The translations under genes were made by a program, and so were the position numbers. A stretch of DNA of 64,000 bases, taken from contig DAHWUP010000001.1 of NCBI GenBank assembly GCA_027334565.1, forward strand, positions 94,726 to 158,725, written 5' to 3'. The DNA comes from Candidatus Levyibacteriota bacterium (lineage in GTDB: Bacteria > Patescibacteriota > Microgenomatia > Levybacterales > UBA12049). This document shows, piece by piece, positions 55,756 to 64,000 of the stretch. The notes beneath the pieces are model-generated. The model was not told where the DNA came from. It did not search any database and saw only the letters and a program-made list of their open reading frames with translations. How positions within the stretch are numbered: position 1 is the stretch's first letter; the number at the start of each line of letters is the position of its first letter.

Positions 55756-57255
55756 TTATTGCCCGTATTGTTGAAGTGTCTGCACCACTTTCTTCACAAA
55801 ATCATCCGCCGATTGAGGCGCAGAACCGGTAGGCTGCAAATATAGATTAACTACGTCTTGAAGCTCGGAGTCCAGTTGCTGATTCAACCCGTCATCGTAA
55901 GTCCCCTCTATAAAAGGCGACGATGCGGCAGTCTGAGCCTGCGAAACAAAAGGATAAACCAACGGATTATTTTTGAGGGAATCGGCCAGGTCCATTCTGG
56001 CGTAAGGTTGCCCGAAAGCACTGATTTTTGCCTCCTGAGCATATAGTTTTTGTTCGGTCTCTTTTTCGGATAAATATTTTATGAACAAAAGAGCCTCTTT
56101 TTGATGAACGCTCCTGACCGAAACACCGGCCGCCCAATAACTTGCCAGTGTAACATTTTGTCCGGTAAGCTGTGGAACCGGAGCGATCTGAAAATTAAGA
56201 TTAGGGTTATATTGTTTGATGGCAAAATAGTCGGACGGATAACCGAAATACATCCCCAAGTTTCCCTTGGCGAATGCCAGCTGCGAAGGATCCAGAGTAT
56301 TATCCCATAAGACATTATCTCCTTTGGCAAACGAGGTATAAAAAGTCAATGCTCCGCTGACCTGATTTTCGGACGCCTGGAAATTATTAAAATCGACACC
56401 GTTTTGCAGGAAAAGCAAAGAAATGATGTCTGCGGCATGCGTAACGTTAGAATATGTCCCGATCGCCGCGCCGGCGGTTTTAATGTTTCCGTTGGCGTCC
56501 TTAACCGTCATCGCCCTTGCCGCATCAACAAATTCGTTCCAGTTCGTCGGAATATTTACACCGGCCGCCTGTAAAAGTTGCGTGTTAACAAAAAGCGCCA
56601 GGGTATCGGTTTCCAACGGAATCCCGAAGATAGCACCGTTTTTGATCAGATCTTTCTGCGCCACCGGGTAATAGATACTATTAAACTCGTCCTGCGACAT
56701 GGTCTGACTGGGCAGAGGAAGAAGGTAATTTTTAAGCATCGGATACCAAGTATTATGAAACCAAAAGATATCCGGTCCGTTACCGTTCTGAATTCGTGTG
56801 GTCAATCTGTCCCGGTACTGACTGCTATCTTGTTTCACATATTCCACATTAATATACGGATACTGTTTTTCAAAATCCGTGATTATACCCTGCATCACGC
56901 TCGGATCCTCAAATAAACCCCAGTACGCCAGGGTGACTTGATTTTGTTGCGTGCGATTTATTCCCGGGAACAGGAAACTGATAATTAAAAATACCAAACC
57001 TAAAATTATGAATACGCTGGAAAAAATCTTTAAAAATTTTTTAAGCCTTGAAAACCCTCCGCTTGAAGGCTCGCGATACGTTACGCTTTGGGTAAAATCC
57101 GGCGGAGGTTGATTTTGTTTGGTTTGACCACTGTTAAAAACCTGGGAATAGTTTTTAGGCGGCGTTAAAAAATCAGGCGGCGGAATTTGTCCGCTCGGCG
57201 AGCTTTTTCCTCCACCCGATCCGGGATTTTGAAAGACGGTACTATCATTTTCCAT
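55756..57255 (-). CDS. Family 1 extracellular solute-binding protein with a Pro-rich N-terminal tail and TM anchor
   Basis: LAYWGL, GPDIF, GIPLETDTLALFVN, PTNWNEF, FAKGNLGMYF. Confidence 0.88.
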   Translation of the reverse strand: MENDSTVFQNPGSGGGKSSPSGQIPPPDFLTPPKNYSQVFNSGQTKQNQPPPDFTQSVTYREPSSGGFSRLKKFLKIFSSVFIILGLVFLIISFLFPGINRTQQNQVTLAYWGLFEDPSVMQGIITDFEKQYPYINVEYVKQDSSQYRDRLTTRIQNGNGPDIFWFHNTWYPMLKNYLLPLPSQTMSQDEFNSIYYPVAQKDLIKNGAIFGIPLETDTLALFVNTQLLQAAGVNIPTNWNEFVDAARAMTVKDANGNIKTAGAAIGTYSNVTHAADIISLLFLQNGVDFNNFQASENQVSGALTFYTSFAKGDNVLWDNTLDPSQLAFAKGNLGMYFGYPSDYFAIKQYNPNLNFQIAPVPQLTGQNVTLASYWAAGVSVRSVHQKEALLFIKYLSEKETEQKLYAQEAKISAFGQPYARMDLADSLKNNPLVYPFVSQAQTAASSPFIEGTYDDGLNQQLDSELQDVVNLYLQPTGSAPQSADDFVKKVVQTLQQYGQ

Positions 57256-57302
57256 TTTCTATAGCTTATTTATAGTATAATACCAAATATAAAATATATT
57301 CA

Positions 57303-58745
57303 ATGAAGCCGTTTTTTCCGCTTAAAAAATTCAAAATAAAATCCAAAACAAAAATACAACTTCTACTGATATTAAAAATGTCTTTTTGGTTTCTTACGGG
57401 TGCTATCCTTACTTTCGCTTTTGTAACCTTTTTCGGTTTCTTTGTTTATGAAAAACTCTTTGACGGGAAAGTGTTCTTGGGTATTTCAGTCAATAATGTC
57501 GATTTCTCGGGAAAAACAAATAGCCAGGTCAAACAATATTTTTCCGATGAAAATTATAGTATTGCAAATGTAAAATTCACACTGACAAGCGACTACGGCA
57601 TCGCTACCGTATCGGCGAAAGAGATCGGTTTTGGATTTGACGAAAATCTTCCTGCGGAACAGGCTTATTCGATCGGACGTTCCGGTAATTTTATAACCGA
57701 TCTGAGTACGCTGCTTCAGGCATATTTTAACGGAGTAAATCTTCCCGCCATCTACACTTTAAATCGGAATGAATTGGCCGCCTCGGTCAAACCGCTTTCC
57801 AACAAAATCAAACAACAACCCGTCAATGCCGTTTTCAAATTCGAAAACGGCAGGGTCACCACATTTCTTCCCTCAAGTAACGGACGCGAAATAAATATGG
57901 ATCGGCTTGAAAACGCAATAATTTTACAAGCACCAAAGATTTTTAAATCAAATGGGAAGAATATAATCACTATCCAAATTCCGATCACTATTCTAAAACC
58001 TGCGATATCTACGGAGAAAGCTAATTCCTTGGGAATAAAAGAATTGATCGGAGAAGGCCACTCTCTTTTTTACGACTCTATCACTTCAAGGATTTATAAC
58101 ATAAATCTTGCCGCCTCAAGACTCAACGGTATTCTGGTTGCTCCGGGAGAGACATTCTCTTTCGACAAGGCTTTAGGCGACGTTTCGGCCTTTACCGGCT
58201 ACCAACAGGCATATATCATTCAGAACGGGAAAACCGTCTTGGGCGACGGGGGTGGCGTCTGTCAAGTGTCGACAACTTTCTTTAGGGCTCTGTTAAACGC
58301 AGGGCTTCCTATTGTCGAAAGGCACGCACACGCCTACCGGGTGGGTTACTACGAGGAGGATTCTCCGCCGGGGTTCGATGCTACAATTTATGTTCCAACC
58401 GTTGATTTAAAATTTACCAACGATACCGGAAACTATATACTTATTCAAAGCACCGTGGATCTGAACAATGATTCACTTTCTTTTTATCTTTACGGAACAA
58501 GTGACGGCAGAACCGTTACGATCTCGAAACCGGTTATTTCAAACCAGAAACCTCCACCCCCACCTTTGTATCAAAATGATCCCACGCTACCCAATGGTGA
58601 GGTGAAACAAACAGATTTCGCCGCCTGGGGCGCCGATGTGTATTTTACGCGGAATGTGACCAAAAACGGAAAAACTGTCATTTATGATAAATTCGTATCT
58701 GACTATCAACCTTGGCAGGCGGTTTATCTTGTCGGCACCAAATAA
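57303..58745 (+). CDS. VanW-family protein with a PG-binding region (YoaR-like)
   Basis: RIYNI, PGETFSF, GGGVCQVSTT, ERHAH, DATI, DLKFTN. Confidence 0.92.
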   Translation: MKPFFPLKKFKIKSKTKIQLLLILKMSFWFLTGAILTFAFVTFFGFFVYEKLFDGKVFLGISVNNVDFSGKTNSQVKQYFSDENYSIANVKFTLTSDYGIATVSAKEIGFGFDENLPAEQAYSIGRSGNFITDLSTLLQAYFNGVNLPAIYTLNRNELAASVKPLSNKIKQQPVNAVFKFENGRVTTFLPSSNGREINMDRLENAIILQAPKIFKSNGKNIITIQIPITILKPAISTEKANSLGIKELIGEGHSLFYDSITSRIYNINLAASRLNGILVAPGETFSFDKALGDVSAFTGYQQAYIIQNGKTVLGDGGGVCQVSTTFFRALLNAGLPIVERHAHAYRVGYYEEDSPPGFDATIYVPTVDLKFTNDTGNYILIQSTVDLNNDSLSFYLYGTSDGRTVTISKPVISNQKPPPPPLYQNDPTLPNGEVKQTDFAAWGADVYFTRNVTKNGKTVIYDKFVSDYQPWQAVYLVGTK

Positions 58746-58751
58746 TTTGAT

Positions 58752-59237
58752 ATGGATAAAATCATTGATTTATCAAGAGCCATAAAATTATCACAAAAAT
58801 TGAAAAAGGAACATAAGACTTTGGTAATAACCGGAGGATGTTTTGACATTCTTCATGTCGGTCATATCAGATTTTTACGCGAATCAAAAAAACAAGGAGA
58901 CTTCTTACTGGTTTTGATCGAAAATGACAGGTCGGTCAAAAAACTGAAAGGCAAAAACCGACCCATAAACACGCAGCATGAAAGGGCCGAGGTTTTGGCA
59001 GCATTATCAAGCGTAGATTACATCTTGATACTTCCGTCAATGAAGAATAATAATGATTATGACATGCTGATAAAAAAAATAAACCCGAATATCATCACTA
59101 CAACCAAGGGGGATCCCCAGGCCGTACACATCGAACGACAGGCTAAGATGATCGGAGCCAAAGTTTCGTATGTAATTGGAAGAATAGAAAATAAATCGAC
59201 GACGAATCTGGCAAGAATAATTTCAAAAAATTTCTAA
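58752..59237 (+). CDS. Cytidylyltransferase-family nucleotidyltransferase (RfaE-II/TagD/RibL-like)
   Basis: GGCFDILHVGH, KGKNRPIN, ERAEVL, STT. Confidence 0.85.
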   Translation: MDKIIDLSRAIKLSQKLKKEHKTLVITGGCFDILHVGHIRFLRESKKQGDFLLVLIENDRSVKKLKGKNRPINTQHERAEVLAALSSVDYILILPSMKNNNDYDMLIKKINPNIITTTKGDPQAVHIERQAKMIGAKVSYVIGRIENKSTTNLARIISKNF

Positions 59238-59683
59238 TGAATAGGATTGTAATTTTTATACTGTTATTTTTAATTTTCGCCTGTACCTTATTGGCTATCT
59301 TTTTACAACCGGCAAATAAACCGTATGTCAAAGTCGACGGAAAAGAATTCTTTGTGGATGTGGCAAAAACGGACAAACAAAAAGAGCTGGGACTGGATAT
59401 TTACAATCAATTACCGGTCAGAAGAGGAATGCTCTTCCCCTTTACTACTCCTAATTATTACACTTTCTGGATGAAGGGAATGAAATTTCCGATCGATATC
59501 ATCTATATAAACAATAATAAAATAGTTGATATATTTGAAAACTTGCCATATCCTAAGACAAGTAGTGAAACACCGGCTATAGTCAGACCGTCGGAAGTGG
59601 CAAATTATGTCCTCGAAATAAATGCAGGCCTGTCGCAAAAATATAATTTTAAAAACGGAGATTTGGTACAAATCCATCTATGA
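59237..59683 (+). CDS. DUF192 protein
   Basis: GMLFPF, FWMKGMKFPIDII, YVLEINAG. Confidence 0.9.
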   Translation: MNRIVIFILLFLIFACTLLAIFLQPANKPYVKVDGKEFFVDVAKTDKQKELGLDIYNQLPVRRGMLFPFTTPNYYTFWMKGMKFPIDIIYINNNKIVDIFENLPYPKTSSETPAIVRPSEVANYVLEINAGLSQKYNFKNGDLVQIHL

Positions 59684-60714
59684 CAATTTTAGGTATTGAA
59701 ACCAGCTGTGACGAAACCTCCGCAGCGATTGTTAAAGCCCAAAACAACGATAAAAATGTCACTTTGTGTTCAAATGTCGTTGCTACCTCTCTTTCGCTGC
59801 ACGCCAAAACAGGCGGCATAATTCCCGAAGTTGCCGCCCGCGAGCAGGTAAAATTCATCATTCCCGTAATCAAGGAAGCATTAAACGGTATTAAAAATCC
59901 GGAACAGGATATCGACGCTATCGCCGTTACCATCGGCCCGGGGCTGATAGGTTCGCTTTTGGTAGGGGTGGAAACGGCTCGCACGTTTTCCTATGTTTGG
60001 AAAAAGACCTTAATCCCGGTAAACCATCTTTTCGGACACATCTACGCGAATTTCATCGAAGAACGTGCGGAACTCGGAACAAAGGATATCGAGTTCCCCG
60101 CCGTTTCATTGATCGTCTCCGGAGGCCATACGGACTTGGTTCTAATGAAAAATCACCGTAGTATCAAATGGCTAGGCGGAACAAGGGATGATGCGGCGGG
60201 AGAAGCCTTCGATAAAACCGGTAGACTTTTGGGCCTTCAATACCCTGCGGGTCCCGAAATTGAAAAACTGGCCGGAAGGGTTAAAAGGGATAACTACCGT
60301 TTCCCCAGGCCGGTAATCGACTCCGGCGATTTTGATTTCTCGTTTTCAGGCCTAAAGACAGCCGTTCTAAGAGAAGTTCAGAAAATGAAAAACAGGGACG
60401 AACAAACAATATCCGAAATTTGTTTTTCTCTACAAGAAGCGGTAATAGATGTTTTAGTTAAAAAAACACTTGATGCTGCAAATAAGTACAAGGTCAAATC
60501 TATACTTTTGGGAGGTGGCGTAGCGGCAAATTCCGCGCTTCGCGATAGTTTTGAATTGAAACTAAGTATCCTAGGTTCTAAAACCAAGCTTTTCGTCCCG
60601 GACAAAAAACTTTGTACCGACAACGCCGCAATGATCGCAGCGGCCGGATTTTTTAACAGGGAGGAAACCGATTGGAGAAACATTTCCGCCAACCCCGAAC
60701 TGTATTTTGACTAA
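59680..60714 (+). CDS. tsaD: tRNA N6-threonylcarbamoyltransferase TsaD
   Basis: GIETSCDETS, NHLFGH, SGGHT, TRDDAAGEAFDK, FSFSGLKT, CTDNAAMIA. Confidence 0.97.
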   Translation: MTILGIETSCDETSAAIVKAQNNDKNVTLCSNVVATSLSLHAKTGGIIPEVAAREQVKFIIPVIKEALNGIKNPEQDIDAIAVTIGPGLIGSLLVGVETARTFSYVWKKTLIPVNHLFGHIYANFIEERAELGTKDIEFPAVSLIVSGGHTDLVLMKNHRSIKWLGGTRDDAAGEAFDKTGRLLGLQYPAGPEIEKLAGRVKRDNYRFPRPVIDSGDFDFSFSGLKTAVLREVQKMKNRDEQTISEICFSLQEAVIDVLVKKTLDAANKYKVKSILLGGGVAANSALRDSFELKLSILGSKTKLFVPDKKLCTDNAAMIAAAGFFNREETDWRNISANPELYFD

Positions 60715-60731
60715 CATGGTAAAATACTAAC

Positions 60732-61706
60732 ATGCAACCAGATCTGCTCATTATAGTAGGAATTATTATTCTCGGTTTCGTTTCCCTCTTTTATTTACTA
60801 AATAAAAAGCTTTCCCGGCAAAAACCCGACGAGGCGCTTATGGAATGGTTAAAATCCATGCAAACAACGATCAACAGCTCCTCCACTCAAACCGTAAAAA
60901 CCCTGCAGGAAAATAGTCGTCAACTGAATGAAAGGCTCGATAATGCGGCACGAGTCATCAAAGACGTTGAAAAAGAAATCGGTGAGATGTCTGAAATCGG
61001 CAGGAATATGAGAGAGCTTCAGGATTTTTTAAAAAGCCCGAAACTCCGCGGCAACATCGGCGAACAGGTATTAAAAGACCTGATAGCGCAAATGTTTCCA
61101 AAGAACAGCTTTCTTTTGCAGTACGAATTTAAATCCGGCGAAAAAGTAGACGCGGCAATCAAAACCGACGCCGGGATATTGCCGATCGACAGTAAATTCC
61201 CGATGGAAAATTATCAAAAAATGGTTAAGGCGAATTCCAAAGAAGAGAAAACCATATTTGAAAAAGAATTTATCAGAGATGTTAAAAGACACATCGATGT
61301 GATCGCCAAAAAATATATCCTTCCTTCGGAAGGAACGATGGATTTTGCCTTGATGTATATTCCGAGCGAAAGCGTATATTACGAAGTGGTCAACGAGAAC
61401 GAGACTCTGGATTACGCCAGACGCCAAAGGGTTTATCTTGTTTCCCCGTCGACTTTATACGCACATCTTCAGACGATCCTCCTGGCTTTTGAGGGTAAAA
61501 AAATTGAAACCAGATCACGGGAGATTTTCGCACTCCTTAGAAGCATCCGGATCGATTACGAAAAAATCGAAGAGAACATGTCCGTCTTGGGAAAACATAT
61601 TAACAATGCCTATTCACAGTTTAGCAATGCTTCCAACTCCGTTTTGACTCTTGGCAAAAAATTAAATACCACCAAACAGCTCGAACAGGATTCAAAACAA
61701 GAATAG
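60732..61706 (+). CDS. rmuC: DNA recombination protein RmuC
   Basis: PKLRGNIGE, IDSKFP, KYI, DFALMYIPSE, VSPSTL. Confidence 0.93.
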   Translation: MQPDLLIIVGIIILGFVSLFYLLNKKLSRQKPDEALMEWLKSMQTTINSSSTQTVKTLQENSRQLNERLDNAARVIKDVEKEIGEMSEIGRNMRELQDFLKSPKLRGNIGEQVLKDLIAQMFPKNSFLLQYEFKSGEKVDAAIKTDAGILPIDSKFPMENYQKMVKANSKEEKTIFEKEFIRDVKRHIDVIAKKYILPSEGTMDFALMYIPSESVYYEVVNENETLDYARRQRVYLVSPSTLYAHLQTILLAFEGKKIETRSREIFALLRSIRIDYEKIEENMSVLGKHINNAYSQFSNASNSVLTLGKKLNTTKQLEQDSKQE

Positions 61707-61746
61707 CCTCATTGTTTGCCAAAATCCTTGTGGTACAATACAAAAC

Positions 61747-64000
61747 ATGAAAAGAAAGTTGCAACTTGACGCTTCGCAACTTAGAGCAGTCAATTATAAA
61801 TCCGGACCACTCTTAATAATTGCCGGCGCGGGAACAGGAAAAACAACAGTTATCACCGAAAGGATCAGACACCTGATAGTAGACAAAAAAATCCCGTCTC
61901 AAAATATCTTGGCCCTAACTTTCACCGAAAAGGCGGCATTTGAAATGCAGGAAAGGATCGATGTACTCTTGCCGTACGGTTTTACAAACCTCTGGATTTT
62001 AACTTTCCACTCTTTTTGTGAAAGGGTATTACGCGACGACGCTTATGCCATTGGTCTTGATCCCAACTTTCGGCTTGCAAGCGAATCCGAGTCGGTTTTG
62101 ATGCTAAAAAATCATTTATTCGATTTGGGACTGCATATCTATAAACCGCTGGGAAATCCCACCAAATTCCTGGATGCTTTATTAACGCATTTCTCAAGAT
62201 TAAAAGATGAAGACATTACACCACGGGAATATTTGCTGTTTGCAAAAAAATTGAAAAACAGTGATGAAAAAAAACAATATCTGGAACTAGCCAATGCGTA
62301 CCAGCTTTATGAAAATATTAAGGTTAAAGAATCGGTTATGGATTTTGCAGATCTGATATCCAATACTTTGCTTCTCTTAAGGCAAAGGCGTGACATTTTA
62401 AAAAGATACCGGGAACAATTTAAGTATATTTTGGTTGATGAGTTTCAGGATACGAATTTTGCTCAAAACGAACTGGCAATGCTTTTGGCAGGAAGCCGGA
62501 ATAACATCACTGTTGTCGCCGATGATGACCAATCCATTTACAGATTCAGGGGTGCTGCGGTTTCAAACGTATTGCAGTTTAGAAAAAATTATAAAGACGC
62601 AAAGGTTGTAGTGTTGACCAATAACTATCGTTCGACTCAGACGATCCTTGACAGCGCATATGATTTAATCCAAAACAATAATCCCAACCGACTGGAAGTA
62701 GCGGAAAAAATCAATAAGAAACTAAAAAGTTTTTCGGATACCAAGGGAAATGATATTAAAGTAATCTTTGCTCCAAGAGGCGAAGACGAAGCGGAAGAGA
62801 TCGCATTGGAAATCAAAAGACTTGAAAAAAATTATGAATTTAAAGACATGGCTATTTTGACAAGAGCCAACAACCATTCTCAAAATATAACCTTTTCCCT
62901 GCAAAGACACAGAATACCTTACCAATTTTTAGGACCGGGTTACCTTTTTATGCAGGAAGAGGTCAAAGATTTAGTAGCATATCTTAAGTTCCTCGGTGAC
63001 CTTTCCGATTCCGTCTCGCTATTCAGAGTTCTTTCGATGGAAATATTTAAAATCCCGATGATCGAATTAAACTTTTTGCTAAACTTTGCCAAGAAAAAAA
63101 ATTATTCGCTTTTCGAAAGTCTGTTTGACCTTGATCAAAAATTTTTAACCAAAATAACGATAAACAAACTGGAGAATTTTCGAGAAATGGCAAAAAGACA
63201 CCTTGAACACAGCAGAAAAGAGGGTGCCGGACAAATTCTTTATTATTTTCTGGTCGACTCGGGGCTTTTACAAACTTTTAATGAAATAACTACCTTGAAA
63301 GAAGAAAAGGCCGCGCAAAATATCGCCAAGTTATTCGACAGAATTAAAAGCTTCGAATCGGAAAAATCAGGCAGCACTTTATTTGAAACGATCGAATGGA
63401 TAAACCTGATGCTGGATATCGGTGACAGCCCCAAAGCTGCGGACTTGGATTTAAGAAACGAAAATGCGGTAAGTATTTTGACCGTACATTCCAGTAAGGG
63501 CCTTGAGTTTAAAGTAGTTTTCCTGGCAAATCTGGTCAACGACCGCTTCCCCACCCGTGAAAGACCAGAAAAAATTCCTATTCCAAAAAGCCTGGTCAAA
63601 GAAAGAATTCCCCAAGGTATCGATTTCCATCTGCAGGAAGAGCGAAGACTCTTTTATGTCGGAATGACCAGGGCAAAAGAGCTGCTTTATTTTACCGGTG
63701 CCAAAACATATGCGGAGGGAAAACGCTTGAAAAAACTTTCTCCGTTTGTATACGAAAGTTTACCGAAATTGACGGAAAGTTTGGATGAAAAACAACCGGA
63801 ACAACTTTCATTAATTAAGAATTTAACATCCTATCAAACCCCGGAAGAAAAAAGTGAACCCCTAAAACCGATAAAAGTTGAATATATCACTTACTCAAAT
63901 CTGCAGATGTTTGATATTTGCCCGTTGCATTATAAAGCAAAAGTGATTTTAAATATTCCCACCCCCAAATCATTCGTGCAAAGTTTCGGCATCTCACTCC
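61747..64000 (+). CDS. UvrD/PcrA-family helicase with the start of a C-terminal PD-(D/E)XK nuclease domain; runs off the window
   Basis: Not in the ORF track; hand translation: AGAGTGKT, TFTEKAA, VDEFQD, DDDQSIYRFRGA, TVHSSKGLEF, EERRLFYVGMTRA, then TYSNLQMFDICPLHY. Confidence 0.92.
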   Translation, partial: MKRKLQLDASQLRAVNYKSGPLLIIAGAGTGKTTVITERIRHLIVDKKIPSQNILALTFTEKAAFEMQERIDVLLPYGFTNLWILTFHSFCERVLRDDAYAIGLDPNFRLASESESVLMLKNHLFDLGLHIYKPLGNPTKFLDALLTHFSRLKDEDITPREYLLFAKKLKNSDEKKQYLELANAYQLYENIKVKESVMDFADLISNTLLLLRQRRDILKRYREQFKYILVDEFQDTNFAQNELAMLLAGSRNNITVVADDDQSIYRFRGAAVSNVLQFRKNYKDAKVVVLTNNYRSTQTILDSAYDLIQNNNPNRLEVAEKINKKLKSFSDTKGNDIKVIFAPRGEDEAEEIALEIKRLEKNYEFKDMAILTRANNHSQNITFSLQRHRIPYQFLGPGYLFMQEEVKDLVAYLKFLGDLSDSVSLFRVLSMEIFKIPMIELNFLLNFAKKKNYSLFESLFDLDQKFLTKITINKLENFREMAKRHLEHSRKEGAGQILYYFLVDSGLLQTFNEITTLKEEKAAQNIAKLFDRIKSFESEKSGSTLFETIEWINLMLDIGDSPKAADLDLRNENAVSILTVHSSKGLEFKVVFLANLVNDRFPTRERPEKIPIPKSLVKERIPQGIDFHLQEERRLFYVGMTRAKELLYFTGAKTYAEGKRLKKLSPFVYESLPKLTESLDEKQPEQLSLIKNLTSYQTPEEKSEPLKPIKVEYITYSNLQMFDICPLHYKAKVILNIPTPKSFVQSFGISL

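Noticed and set aside
57303-58745. VanW as a vancomycin-resistance determinant
   Set aside because: No vanHAX/vanRS context; VanW-domain proteins are widespread without a resistance role

Overview
A 64-kb, gene-dense, mostly minus-strand window using genetic code 11. It is most likely from a Patescibacteria/CPR bacterium of the Microgenomates type (inferred from gene content: class I LysRS, mini-TsaB, HTH-nucleotidyltransferase, DUF5679, a monoderm-style type IV pilus locus and many TM-anchored orphans). Housekeeping genes: aspS (partial), recJ, cca, yqeY, secDF, secA, prfB, serS, rdgB, lysS (class I), greA, tsaB/C/D/E, ftsEX, uppP, rmuC and a partial UvrD-nuclease fusion. Other blocks: a nucleotide-sugar/GT-C glycosylation cluster (11.3-20.9 kb), a type IV pilus locus next to a TMTC-like glycosyltransferase (33.2-42.7 kb), an AT-rich hsp20-tspO patch with a CIRCE-like site, and a tdh-kbl-PPAT/DUF359 operon. 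No rRNA, tRNA, CRISPR array or transposase was seen. The most striking signals are non-annotated micro-ORF/RNA-structure units. (1) A complete trp-like 1:2/2:3/3:4 attenuator with a 15-aa Lys/Phe-containing leader peptide sits upstream of two orphan genes and class I lysyl-tRNA synthetase. (2) A stand-alone unit (promoter, perfect SD, hairpins, terminator) encodes only MAKKKKKKK just upstream of secA. (3) A second leader-ORF/hairpin precedes a four-repeat helical orphan. Many operon-first genes appear leaderless. All calls are from visual reading and motif recognition; no searches or folding programs were run.
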